Position numbers and translations under genes: made by a program. Below the pieces are notes generated by a model. The model saw nothing but the letters and a program-made list of their open reading frames with translations. It ran no database searches and had not been told where the DNA came from. Positions 18,052 through 27,594 of a stretch of 64,000 bases of DNA are shown piece after piece; position 1 is the first letter of the stretch, and every line of letters begins with the position of its first letter. Location: assembly GCA_017631325.1 (NCBI GenBank), contig JAGBTM010000025.1, forward strand, positions 2,620 to 66,619, in the 5' to 3' direction. This stretch comes from Clostridia bacterium (GTDB taxonomy: Bacteria > Bacillota > Clostridia > Oscillospirales > CAG-272).

Positions 18052-19557
18052 TTACTCATCAGAGCTAAAGAAATCGAGAATTTCGCTCTTGATTTGCGAG
18101 GGGATATCTCTGTTTTCTCCACCGAAATCCCGTAGATACTCATAGGGATATTTGGGTCTGAATATGCGCTTAAGGACGGTCTCGCCCTTAGCACCGCCAC
18201 TTCGCCTTACGAGCTTAGTTACTGCGCCTGCACCAACTGCAAATATGGTCTGAAGCTCCTCCATCATAAAAACGTTATAGAGGCTCTCGCCACCCTCGAC
18301 GGAAAATCCTACGTTCTCAAGATTTCCAACGGTATTCTTCTGCCTGTACATATAATATGGCTTATAGCCTGCGTATTTGAGCTTAATTTGTGAGTAAGAG
18401 ACGCACTTTGCCGCATCACCGCCTGAGAGTGAATACACGCCCGAGTTGTTTTTGAGCGCATCGGACGCCTTCTTCACCGAGAAGGTGTGTACGGTGACGT
18501 TGGTAGGTGCGAGCGCTATCACCTTATCTATCGTTTCTGAGAAATTCTTAAAATCGTCACCAGGAAGTCCTGCGATAAGGTCAACGTTGATATTAAAGCC
18601 TGATTCCTTTGCAAGCTCATAGGCACGGTAGAAGTCCAATACGGTGTGACGTCTGCCTATTTCCGCAAGAATATCGTCGTTTAAGGTCTGTGGATTTACA
18701 CTGATACGGCTTACACCGTACTCCCTTGCGATATCAAGCTTCTCCTTGGTTATGGTGTCGGGTCTGCCTGCCTCCAGGGTAAATTCCTGCAAGGAATTTA
18801 CGTCTATAAGCTCTGAGACGGTTGAGAGCAAGCGTCTGAGCTGCTCGGCCGTGAGCGTCGTGGGTGTTCCACCGCCTATGTAAAGCGTAGATACACTCAT
18901 ACCAAGGCTCGAAACCGTAGTCACGGTATCTCTTAAATCGCGTATAAGAGCGCCAAGATACTCGTCTATCATTGAAAGCAGCCTCGGTGTAGTGTAAGAC
19001 ACAAAGCTGCAATAGGCGCATCTGGACGGGCAAAACGGAATTGATATATATATCGAGCAGCTATTCTTCTTTAGCTTGCGCTCAATACGCATTTCTGCTA
19101 CGGCGCTTGAAACCGCAAGAGCCGCCTTCTGAGGATTTAAAAAATACTCGTCCCTCAAAATTCTCTTCGTTTTAATAATACCCTTTACGCTGTCGAAAAC
19201 CGAGCGCGCAACCTTTGCGGGACGAACTCCCGTTAAAATTCCCCAAGGCGGAATATGTCCGACAAGCTCCTTACCCGCGGCAAGCATAGCTCTGCCGACA
19301 GCGATAGCCTCGTGAGTCGCGATGCATATATTTTCGCTATAAAAAACCGTTTCGGTCGCATCGCAAATTTTGTCGTTCAGCTTGATAGAAACGTAGGCTG
19401 TGGCTGATTTATCCTTTTCGCTGTATACGCTTACGGTAACCTCGGGCACTCCCTGTGCCGACTCCTCGTTCTCCTTAAACGTAGAGCCAGGAAAGAAAAT
19501 AAGGCACAGTGTTTCTACATAATATCTGTTGATATCTCCGTGTATATGAAGAATCAT
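18052..19557 (-). CDS. hemZ: Radical-SAM coproporphyrinogen dehydrogenase-like protein (HemZ type)
   Basis: 501 aa; radical-SAM cluster motif IPFCPSRCAYCSF. Confidence 0.75.
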   Translation of the reverse strand: MILHIHGDINRYYVETLCLIFFPGSTFKENEESAQGVPEVTVSVYSEKDKSATAYVSIKLNDKICDATETVFYSENICIATHEAIAVGRAMLAAGKELVGHIPPWGILTGVRPAKVARSVFDSVKGIIKTKRILRDEYFLNPQKAALAVSSAVAEMRIERKLKKNSCSIYISIPFCPSRCAYCSFVSYTTPRLLSMIDEYLGALIRDLRDTVTTVSSLGMSVSTLYIGGGTPTTLTAEQLRRLLSTVSELIDVNSLQEFTLEAGRPDTITKEKLDIAREYGVSRISVNPQTLNDDILAEIGRRHTVLDFYRAYELAKESGFNINVDLIAGLPGDDFKNFSETIDKVIALAPTNVTVHTFSVKKASDALKNNSGVYSLSGGDAAKCVSYSQIKLKYAGYKPYYMYRQKNTVGNLENVGFSVEGGESLYNVFMMEELQTIFAVGAGAVTKLVRRSGGAKGETVLKRIFRPKYPYEYLRDFGGENRDIPSQIKSEILDFFSSDE

Positions 19558-19561
19558 AGTC

Positions 19562-20020
19562 TTATCCCTTCTTTAAAAGGACTGAAGAATTCATTACGAT
19601 GGTGACGGGGCCGTCGGTCTCCATTTTCGTTTGCATATCGGCACCGAAAACGCCCGTTTTTACGACCTCGACTCTTTTGCCCATCTCACAGACGAAGTGC
19701 TGATACAGAGAGTTTGCAACCGTCGGCGCGGCCGAACCGAGATAATCGGGTCTGTTGCCGTGGGCGTAGTTTGCCAAAAGCGTGAAGTTGGATACGACCA
19801 GCACCTCGCCGCCGATATCCTTGACCGAAAGGTTCATCTTGCCGTTTTCATCGGAAAATATGCGAAGCTTTGATATTTTCTCCGCAAGAACCTCAGCGTC
19901 CCTCTCGGCATCTCCCTCGGCAACTCCAAGCAAGATATAGAGACCGCTTTTTATTTCACCACTCAAAGTGCCGTCGGCAACAACCGAAGCGCTATGAACT
20001 CTCTGAAGCACTGCTATCAT
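19562..20020 (-). CDS. dtd: D-aminoacyl-tRNA deacylase
   Basis: 152 aa; N-terminus MIAVLQRV; SNFTL and GPVT motifs. Confidence 0.9.
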   Translation of the reverse strand: MIAVLQRVHSASVVADGTLSGEIKSGLYILLGVAEGDAERDAEVLAEKISKLRIFSDENGKMNLSVKDIGGEVLVVSNFTLLANYAHGNRPDYLGSAAPTVANSLYQHFVCEMGKRVEVVKTGVFGADMQTKMETDGPVTIVMNSSVLLKKG

Positions 20021-20028
20021 AAATTCTC

Positions 20029-22239
20029 CTACTGCGCAAAGCCTCTGCGTACCGAAATAACCTTAGGCACCGAGCGAAGCCTTGTGACGATATAATCGTA
20101 ATGCGATACGTTCTTACACTCGATAACGATGTTCATAACGTAATCGCCGCTCTTTGTTTGCTGTGTATTTATCTTGGTTATTGAAACCTTCATATCGGCA
20201 AGAGCCATAGATATCCCTGCCAAAACGCCTATGCCGTCCTCGGTGATAATCTGAATAGACGCCTCGTAGGTTTCTCCCATCGTTGAAGACTCGCCTCTCT
20301 CCCACTCAGCCTTGACCCAGCGCGAAAGATTTTCCTCGTTGTGACGTGACTGATGAACGTTCTGACAGTCGCTCTTGTGTATAGAAACACCATACCCGCG
20401 CGTGATAAAGCCAACTATCTTATCGCCCGGCAAGGGGTTACAGCATCTTGCAAACTTTATCTGATAGCCTCCCTCTCCGTCGATAACAACTCCACCGTGG
20501 GATTTTCTCTTTGAAGTAGAAAGCTTTATTTTAGAAAGCTCCTCCTCGTGTGTCTGCTGAGGTGCCTCCTGCTCGGAAAGCTTCTCGAGCTCCTCCTTGA
20601 TTTTGGGTATAAACCTCTGAAGAGTTATACCGCCAAAGCCGAGAGTGTTATAAAAGTCGTCACTGTTATTAATGCCGACGCGCTTTGCTATAGTTGTTAT
20701 AACTGCATCAAGCTCTGCATCGGTGTAGCTCTTGGAAATGCGTTTTACCTCGCGCTCAACCTCGGCACGACCGACGATAATATTTTCTGCGCGTCTTTCT
20801 TTTTTGAACCACTGACGGATTTTGCTCCTAGCCTGTCCCGTTTTTACAACCTTGAGCCAGTCTCTGCTGGGTCCCTTTGAGGACTGAGAGGTTATAATCT
20901 CGATAATATCTCCATTCTGCGGGATTTTATCGATAGGAACTATCACACCGTTGACCTTTGCGCCGGTCATTTTGTTTCCGACAGCCGAGTGAATAGCGTA
21001 TGCAAAGTCTATTGTGGTAGAGCCCTGAGGAAGCGAAATAACGTCGCCCTTGGGGGTAAATACGAAGGTTTCGTCGTGGAAAATATCGGTCTTGAATGAA
21101 TGAATAAATTCATCGGGGTCTCTGGTATTCTCATCGGACTCAAGCAGCTGAGATATCCAGCGCAGCTTTTCGTCAATATTGGCGGCGCTTTTCTCACCCG
21201 TCTTGTATTTCCAATGCGCTGCGATACCGTATTCGGCCTCCTCGTGCATCTGACGTGTGCGTATCTGCACCTCGAACGGAATGCCGCTGTGTCCTATAAC
21301 CGTCGTGTGAAGCGAGCGGTAAAGGTTGGGCTTGGGTGTGGATATATAATCCTTAAATCTGCCAGGTATCGATTTGAACATCTCGTGGACCAGACCGAGC
21401 GCTGTGTAACACTCAAGCTCGGTTTCAACGATAACTCTAACGGCGTAGAAGTCGTATATCTCGTCAAATGACTTGTTAAGCGTATACATCTTTCTATACA
21501 GACTGTATACCGACTTAACGCGTCCCTCAAGCTCAAAAGAAATGTGATTTTCGGTGAGCTTATCGGACAAGATGCTCTTGGCCTCTTCGATAAACATACG
21601 GTTTTGGCCGTATTTCTTCTCAATAGCCTCGTGTACCTCCTCGTAGCCGACGATATCGAGATAATAAAGGCTGAGGTTTTCAAGCTCCTGCTTTATCTTC
21701 TGGATACCGAGTCTATGAGCCAGCGGGGCGTAGATATACATCGTTTCGAGAGCAATAGCTCTTTGCCTATCCTCTTTCTTGGCCGAGAGGGTGCGCATAT
21801 TATGAAGTCTGTCGCAGAGCTTAATAAAGATAACTCTGATATCCTTGTTCATAGCGAGAAGCATCTTGCGTATGTTCTCAATATGAGCCTCCTCCTTGTC
21901 GGCAACCTGAACCTGTATAATCTTGGTAAGGCTGTCCACAAGCATAGCGACGTCCTTGCCAAACATCTTGGCAAGCGTGTCTAGATTGGTCTTGTCAGCG
22001 CAATCCTCGACGGTGTCGTGCAGAAGAGCCGCGCAAATAGAGTCGGTATCAAGTCCAAGCTCCATAACGATTTTGGCAACTGCTACGGGGTGGCTGATAT
22101 ACGGCTCGCCGCTCTGTCGCATCTGACCGTCGTGAAGCTTCTCGGCATAGAGATACGCCTCGGTTATTTTGTTTATATCGTAGCCTTTTTCACTTTTCTT
22201 CTCGAGCGCGTCGAGAAGCGATAACATATCAACGTACAT
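20029..22239 (-). CDS. relA: Bifunctional (p)ppGpp synthetase/hydrolase
   Basis: 736 aa; HD domain (HPVAVA..LHDTVED), synthetase domain (YRSLHTTV), and TGS and ACT regions. Confidence 0.9.
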   Translation of the reverse strand: MYVDMLSLLDALEKKSEKGYDINKITEAYLYAEKLHDGQMRQSGEPYISHPVAVAKIVMELGLDTDSICAALLHDTVEDCADKTNLDTLAKMFGKDVAMLVDSLTKIIQVQVADKEEAHIENIRKMLLAMNKDIRVIFIKLCDRLHNMRTLSAKKEDRQRAIALETMYIYAPLAHRLGIQKIKQELENLSLYYLDIVGYEEVHEAIEKKYGQNRMFIEEAKSILSDKLTENHISFELEGRVKSVYSLYRKMYTLNKSFDEIYDFYAVRVIVETELECYTALGLVHEMFKSIPGRFKDYISTPKPNLYRSLHTTVIGHSGIPFEVQIRTRQMHEEAEYGIAAHWKYKTGEKSAANIDEKLRWISQLLESDENTRDPDEFIHSFKTDIFHDETFVFTPKGDVISLPQGSTTIDFAYAIHSAVGNKMTGAKVNGVIVPIDKIPQNGDIIEIITSQSSKGPSRDWLKVVKTGQARSKIRQWFKKERRAENIIVGRAEVEREVKRISKSYTDAELDAVITTIAKRVGINNSDDFYNTLGFGGITLQRFIPKIKEELEKLSEQEAPQQTHEEELSKIKLSTSKRKSHGGVVIDGEGGYQIKFARCCNPLPGDKIVGFITRGYGVSIHKSDCQNVHQSRHNEENLSRWVKAEWERGESSTMGETYEASIQIITEDGIGVLAGISMALADMKVSITKINTQQTKSGDYVMNIVIECKNVSHYDYIVTRLRSVPKVISVRRGFAQ

Positions 22240-22247
22240 ACTTGTCT

Positions 22248-24452
22248 TTATTGGGAATTATCCCCGCCTCTTGCTATTTGTGAGCGAAATCTTCTGAGCC
22301 ACGTTGATTTATCGAGCTCTGTTTTCGCCGTAGTATAATGAATATTAAATTTGTAAACCTCATCGGAAATCTCCTCTAAGGAAACGAGGTTAAGCTCCTT
22401 TAATACCATAATAATTATTTTCAGCTTGACGTAGCCAATTATTCTACCGCCGGGCTGACTGAATCTTGAGGTAATATCACGGTGCGTAAGCGTGTCTACA
22501 CCAATTCTGAGTGAGGAACGCATAAGGTTATATACTGCGGCAAAATCCTCGCGCGTCGGCATAACGTTCTCCTCAGCCGTAAAGCGCGCGCCTGCCTTGA
22601 TTTCTTCAAAGCGCTCGCGCTCTTTTACGAATTTGGTCTGCTGCTTTTCGGTATGCTTAATATCACGGACGATAATCTGCACGTTTTCTCTGCCGCCCCA
22701 CTCGTTTATGTCGATATTAAAGAGAACGTCAACCTTGTCGCCTGCATATATTCCGAGCGTCTGGGGTGAGTTCATAAAGTACATTGCAGAGAGGGTAAAT
22801 TTACCGTTTCCAAACACGAGCTTTGTATGCTTTCCCTCGCTAATAGAGGAAATCTCGTTGACGGTAACACCCGACATAACAAACACGGGCACGGGGTTTG
22901 CCACTCCGTACGGCTCGAGCATCTGAAAGGCCTTGGCGAGTGAGAGGGTCACGTCCTCAAATTCAATTCTGCAGTCTGCCTCGACGGTAGGAACCATATC
23001 CTCTTTTTTGAGATTAGCTCTTGCGTATTCGTTTATTCTCTTGCGGAAGGTATCGAGCTCGCCTCTTTTAACCGAAAGACCTGCGGCAAGCTCGTGTCCG
23101 CCAAACTTAACTAGATTTTCTTCACAGTAGCAGAGTGCGTCAACGAGGTTCATTCCCTTAATACTTCTTCCCGAGCCCTTGCCTACGTCCTCGGGCGAGG
23201 GAGTTGCGGACTCGTTGCCCTCAAAGGAGACGAGTATTGAGGGGCGCGAGTATTTCTCGGTGATACGCGAGGAAACGATACCTATAACACCGTGGTGCCA
23301 ATGGTCAGCATCAAGCACTATTACGGGGTCTTTATCAATATCGTACTTCTCAATTTCGAGATTTGCCTCTTGCATTATTTTATTTTCTTCGGCCTGGCGC
23401 TCTCTATTCGTTCTGCAAAGCTCCTCGGCTATCTCGCGTGCATAATGCTCGTCCTCAGAGAGAAAAAGCTCAACCGCCATAGATGCGTTCTTAATTCTAC
23501 CGGCCGCGTTAATTCTCGGCGCGATAGTGTAGCCTATGTATCCCGAGGTTATCTTGGTGCGCTTTTTGTTTCGAGAGCTCTTGGTACCGTCGTTGCGAGC
23601 CGCAGCGGCCTCCATAAGAGCGAGAAGTCCCACTCTCTGATTATTTTCAATCTTGGAAAGACCGTATCTGACGATAATTCTGTTCTCGTCTTTGATAGGC
23701 ATAACGTCTGCAATAGTGCCTATGGCTACGAGGTCGGCATACTCCGAGAAAATACGCTTCACAGCCTCGCGACGCGAAAGATTTCCACGCTTTTCCTCAT
23801 AGGCGCACACGAATTTGAACACCACGCCAACGCCCGCAAGCTCCTTGAACGGATACTCACAGTCGGGTCTGTGGGGGTTGATTACGGCTACTGCTAAGGG
23901 CAGGTCCGAGCGGCACTCGTGGTGGTCGGTAATGACGAAATCAATACCGAGCGAGCAAGCATATTCTACCTCCTCGATAGCTGTAATACCCGTATCAACG
24001 GTGATAATAAGCGTGCTGCCACTCTCGGCAATAGCGTCGATGGCAACTGTGGATACTCCGTATCCCTCGCCTATTCTGTTGGGAATGTAGTATTCCACGT
24101 TTGCTCCAACAGACTTGAGGTAAAGGTAAAGAGTACAAACAGCGGTGACACCGTCAACGTCGTAGTCACCGTAAACGGTGATTTTCTCACCCGAATTAAC
24201 GGCGGCACTTATGCGCTCGATACCCTTGTCAATATCCTTGAGCAAAAAGGGGTTGGAAAGCATTTCGCTCTCCATGTAAATAAAGGTTTTTGCACTTTCC
24301 GCGTCAGTATATCCGCGGTTGTAAAGAAGCTTGGCGACAATGGGATTTATACCTAGGCCATCGGAAATTTCACGAATAGCCGCGATAGAGTCTGCCGTGT
24401 CGTCGGATTTAATTATCCAGTTCTTCTCCTTTGCTTCAGCTTTTGTATTCAT
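22248..24452 (-). CDS. recJ: Single-stranded-DNA-specific exonuclease RecJ
   Basis: 734 aa; DHH motifs (GDYDVDGVT, ITDHH), DHHA1 (GGHELAAG), and a long C-terminal extension. Confidence 0.85.
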   Translation of the reverse strand: MNTKAEAKEKNWIIKSDDTADSIAAIREISDGLGINPIVAKLLYNRGYTDAESAKTFIYMESEMLSNPFLLKDIDKGIERISAAVNSGEKITVYGDYDVDGVTAVCTLYLYLKSVGANVEYYIPNRIGEGYGVSTVAIDAIAESGSTLIITVDTGITAIEEVEYACSLGIDFVITDHHECRSDLPLAVAVINPHRPDCEYPFKELAGVGVVFKFVCAYEEKRGNLSRREAVKRIFSEYADLVAIGTIADVMPIKDENRIIVRYGLSKIENNQRVGLLALMEAAAARNDGTKSSRNKKRTKITSGYIGYTIAPRINAAGRIKNASMAVELFLSEDEHYAREIAEELCRTNRERQAEENKIMQEANLEIEKYDIDKDPVIVLDADHWHHGVIGIVSSRITEKYSRPSILVSFEGNESATPSPEDVGKGSGRSIKGMNLVDALCYCEENLVKFGGHELAAGLSVKRGELDTFRKRINEYARANLKKEDMVPTVEADCRIEFEDVTLSLAKAFQMLEPYGVANPVPVFVMSGVTVNEISSISEGKHTKLVFGNGKFTLSAMYFMNSPQTLGIYAGDKVDVLFNIDINEWGGRENVQIIVRDIKHTEKQQTKFVKERERFEEIKAGARFTAEENVMPTREDFAAVYNLMRSSLRIGVDTLTHRDITSRFSQPGGRIIGYVKLKIIIMVLKELNLVSLEEISDEVYKFNIHYTTAKTELDKSTWLRRFRSQIARGGDNSQ

Positions 24453-24694
24453 TATATTTTACCGTAGTGGGATTTCTCCCGCCTTCCAATTAATAATCAA
24501 CTTTGGGTGCGCGTAAATCACTCGCAAAATAAAAAATAGTGAAAATAGATACTTAAAGTCGGGCAGTCTAGGTTTCACCTGCTCGAAATTTATGATAAGA
24601 CACGAGATTTCGCGTCGTTACTTAACATCTTAAGTGCTATAATTAAGTCTTGTAAGCGCTAAAATTAAGTCTTACAAGCACTTTATATTAAGTC

Positions 24695-26329
24695 TTAGCA
24701 GTTGTCAAAAGGCTTATATTCCTTGATTAAAGCCATCGCCGTACGAATGCCGTCGATAGCAGCGCTGGTTATACCTCCCGCATATCCCGCGCCCTCGCCA
24801 GCCGGATAAAGATTATCGTAGCCTGAGGCTATACGGGTATCGTTATCCCTGAGTATTCTGATAGGAGCACTGGTTCGTGTTTCAGCACCCGTGAGAACGG
24901 CGTCGCTTGCGGCAAAGCCCTTAATTCTCTTATCAAAATCAACGAGCGCGCCTCTTATGGAGTTTGAAACAAACGATGGCAAATATAAATCGGGGCTTGC
25001 GAGAGTGACGTTCTTTCCACCCATATAGGTGGGCTGTATTCTTTTCGGCTCGGTCTTAAGCTCTCCGCGAAGAAAATCGCCGACCGTAATAATAGGCGCT
25101 CTATAATCTCCGCCTGCTGCGATATACGCGTCCCTCTCGATTTTACGCTGGAAAGCAATAGCCGACTCGGGTGTTGCTCCGTAATCGGATTTGAATACCG
25201 AGCAAACGACGGCGCTGTTTGAATTTCTACCGTCACGGCTATGATTACTCATACCGTTTACTACCACACCGTGCTCCTCGCTTGCTGCCGCTACGACCTC
25301 ACCGCCGGGACACATACAAAAGGTATAAACACCTCTTGATTTGGTGTTTGTCGAAAGATTATATTCGGCTCTGCCTAGTGACGGGTGTGCCGCAGAGTCA
25401 CCGTAAAGAGCCTCGTCTATATCGGAAGAAAGATGCTCTATTCTCATACCGACGGAAAAGTCCTTGGCAACGAGCGGTGCGCCAAGGCGAATAAGCTCGC
25501 TGTAAGTATCGCGCGCGCTATGGCCGACAGCCAGAACAAGTGCTCCCGTGGGTATTTCACCGCGGCTCGTTTTGACTGCGGTGATGCGCCTGCCCGAAAG
25601 GACGGGGCTTATAAACTGAGTGTGATATTCAACTCTGCCGCCCAGCGCTACGATTTTATCAAGCATTCGGTCTACAACGCCCGATAGGACGTCTGTGCCG
25701 ACGTGCGGCCTTGCCATATATTTAATTTCCTCGGGAGCGCCAAACTCAACGAAGCGCTCGAGAACGTAGGCTGAAAGAGGGTCGTTTATTCGGGTAACGA
25801 GCTTGCCGTCAGAAAACGTGCCCGCACCACCTGCGCCGAACTGAACATTCGAATTAACGTCGAGAATATGCTCGCTCGTGAAGCGTCTGACCGCCTCGGT
25901 TCGCTCAGCGACGCTGCCGCCTCGCTCGAGAATTACAGGAGCATATCCGTGCTGTGCGAGCATAAGCGCCGCAAAGATACCCGCAGGGCCTGCGCCAACG
26001 ATAACAGGGGGGCTCGAAAGCTCGCGCTCGCCTTGGGAAAGCTCGGGCATCGAGGTATCAACGAGAGATACGTTATCCTCAGCTGCAACAGCTGAAGCAA
26101 GGGCGTCTGTTCCCTCACATTTTGCTGCTATTGAGTATACAATGCGAATATCACCTCTGCGTCGTGCGTCAATACTGCGACGGAAGAGAAAAAGCTCTGA
26201 GGTGGCCGATGCCGGAGAAATCCTCTTAAGACGGCGCTTTGCAACGATAAACGCCTCTTCGACAGAGGCGTTTATCGGTAATTTTATATTGCTGAATACA
26301 ACAATTTTTTCTCTACTTGCCACAGTCAC
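24695..26329 (-). CDS. FAD-dependent protein (COG2509-like dehydrogenase)
   Basis: 544 aa; dinucleotide fold VIVGAGPAGIFAA. GTG start directly abutting the upstream stop. Confidence 0.7.
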   Translation of the reverse strand: MTVASREKIVVFSNIKLPINASVEEAFIVAKRRLKRISPASATSELFLFRRSIDARRRGDIRIVYSIAAKCEGTDALASAVAAEDNVSLVDTSMPELSQGERELSSPPVIVGAGPAGIFAALMLAQHGYAPVILERGGSVAERTEAVRRFTSEHILDVNSNVQFGAGGAGTFSDGKLVTRINDPLSAYVLERFVEFGAPEEIKYMARPHVGTDVLSGVVDRMLDKIVALGGRVEYHTQFISPVLSGRRITAVKTSRGEIPTGALVLAVGHSARDTYSELIRLGAPLVAKDFSVGMRIEHLSSDIDEALYGDSAAHPSLGRAEYNLSTNTKSRGVYTFCMCPGGEVVAAASEEHGVVVNGMSNHSRDGRNSNSAVVCSVFKSDYGATPESAIAFQRKIERDAYIAAGGDYRAPIITVGDFLRGELKTEPKRIQPTYMGGKNVTLASPDLYLPSFVSNSIRGALVDFDKRIKGFAASDAVLTGAETRTSAPIRILRDNDTRIASGYDNLYPAGEGAGYAGGITSAAIDGIRTAMALIKEYKPFDNC

Positions 26330-26473
26330 TCACCTTGCCGAAAAAAGCGCAAGAATGGCCGTCGGGTCTGCCTCGGCATACTTGACGAGCAGCCAAAACA
26401 AAACGGCAAACACAAGAGAGATAATAACCGATATATAAGTGCCGATTTTTATACCAAAAAGTTTCTTCTTCAT
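26330..26473 (-). CDS. 47-aa single-TM ORF in the position normally held by cdaR (ybbR)
   Basis: Not in the ORF track because it is under 60 aa. Sequence: MKKKLFGIKIGTYISVIISLVFAVLFWLLVKYAEADPTAILALFSAR*. It fills the cdaA-to-next-gene gap exactly, and its stop abuts the GTG of the next gene. Confidence 0.4.
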   Translation of the reverse strand: MKKKLFGIKIGTYISVIISLVFAVLFWLLVKYAEADPTAILALFSAR

Positions 26474-26493
26474 ATTAACTTTTTACTCCAAAA

Positions 26494-27363
26494 TCAGTTG
26501 TTTTCTTCTTCTCCGTCTTCCTGCAAAAGCTCTTTTATCAGGAATTTACGAAGCGTTTCCGCGGTGAAATCGCGTATAAGCTCACATTCAACGGCTACCG
26601 AAATAATTCCCGTCTCCTCGGATACCACGACGATTATAGCATCGCTTATCTCACTGAGGCCTATGGCGGCTCTATGTCTTGTTCCAAGGCCTGAGTCTAC
26701 CTCGGTTCTTCTCGGAAGAGGAAGTATGCACGAGGCGGCAACGATTTTATCAGCCGATATAACCACTGCTCCGTCGTGAAGAGGCGCCTTGTTGAAAAAG
26801 AGATTACGCAAAAGCGAATCCGAAACGTCAGCGTTAATGGCCGTACCGGAGTGAAGAATGTCGTCGAGCTTGGTCGTGCGCTCGATTACTATGAGCGCGC
26901 CCGTCTTCTCTACCGAGAGAATGTGGACTGCCTTACTGATATTCTTGATGCTCTGATACTGCTTTTGCTTGTTGCGGGACTCCTGACCGAAGCTACGTAT
27001 ACCCTTAAGCGAGCCTGAGCCGAGAGTTTCGAGCAGCTCGCGAAGCTCAGGCTGGAAAATAATAACCAGAGCAAGCGCGCCTATCTGGAATACACCCGAA
27101 AGTATAAAGCGTATGCCCGTTAGCTCAAAGGCCGTCGCAAGAACGAACACCGCAATACACACGGTGATGCCGACAATGAGCACTCCAACCTTCTTCTTAC
27201 GCAAATAGCGCGCGGCAAGAAAAAACAGGACCGTAAGCAGAAGTATATCGATAGCGTCGTTAATATAAAACGAGCTAAAGGCGCTCTTTGCAAATTCAAG
27301 TAGACCCGAAATCTGTCCGACAAGCGCGTCGGTAGTATTGGAAAGTGAAAGCAAACTAAACAT
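26494..27363 (-). CDS. cdaA: Diadenylate cyclase CdaA
   Basis: Start trimmed to the ATG after the GAGG SD. It has N-terminal TM helices plus a DAC domain (TGALIVIER, LHDGAVVI, GTRHRAA). Confidence 0.9.
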   Translation of the reverse strand: MFSLLSLSNTTDALVGQISGLLEFAKSAFSSFYINDAIDILLLTVLFFLAARYLRKKKVGVLIVGITVCIAVFVLATAFELTGIRFILSGVFQIGALALVIIFQPELRELLETLGSGSLKGIRSFGQESRNKQKQYQSIKNISKAVHILSVEKTGALIVIERTTKLDDILHSGTAINADVSDSLLRNLFFNKAPLHDGAVVISADKIVAASCILPLPRRTEVDSGLGTRHRAAIGLSEISDAIIVVVSEETGIISVAVECELIRDFTAETLRKFLIKELLQEDGEEENN

Positions 27364-27531
27364 TTTAAGCCTCACGAGTTTTTATAAAATAATACACAAA
27401 TTATTATAACATAAATATTTTGGTTTTGCAATGCTTTTTTTAGATTTTGTAACTCTTTTTGTCAGGTATCCACATTTTTCGCGCTTCGAGACGAAAAAAT
27501 CAAAAAAACGCAACGATTTAGCACAAACTCA

Positions 27532-27560
27532 TTGACAAAAATGCAAAAATATTGTATAAT
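27532..27560 (+). promoter_or_regulatory. Consensus sigma-A promoter with extended -10
   Basis: TTGACA (27532-27537), 17 nt, TG-n-TATAAT (27555-27560). Confidence 0.6.
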
Positions 27561-27594
27561 ATGTATCACACGATACACTTTTAGGAGTTGATGC

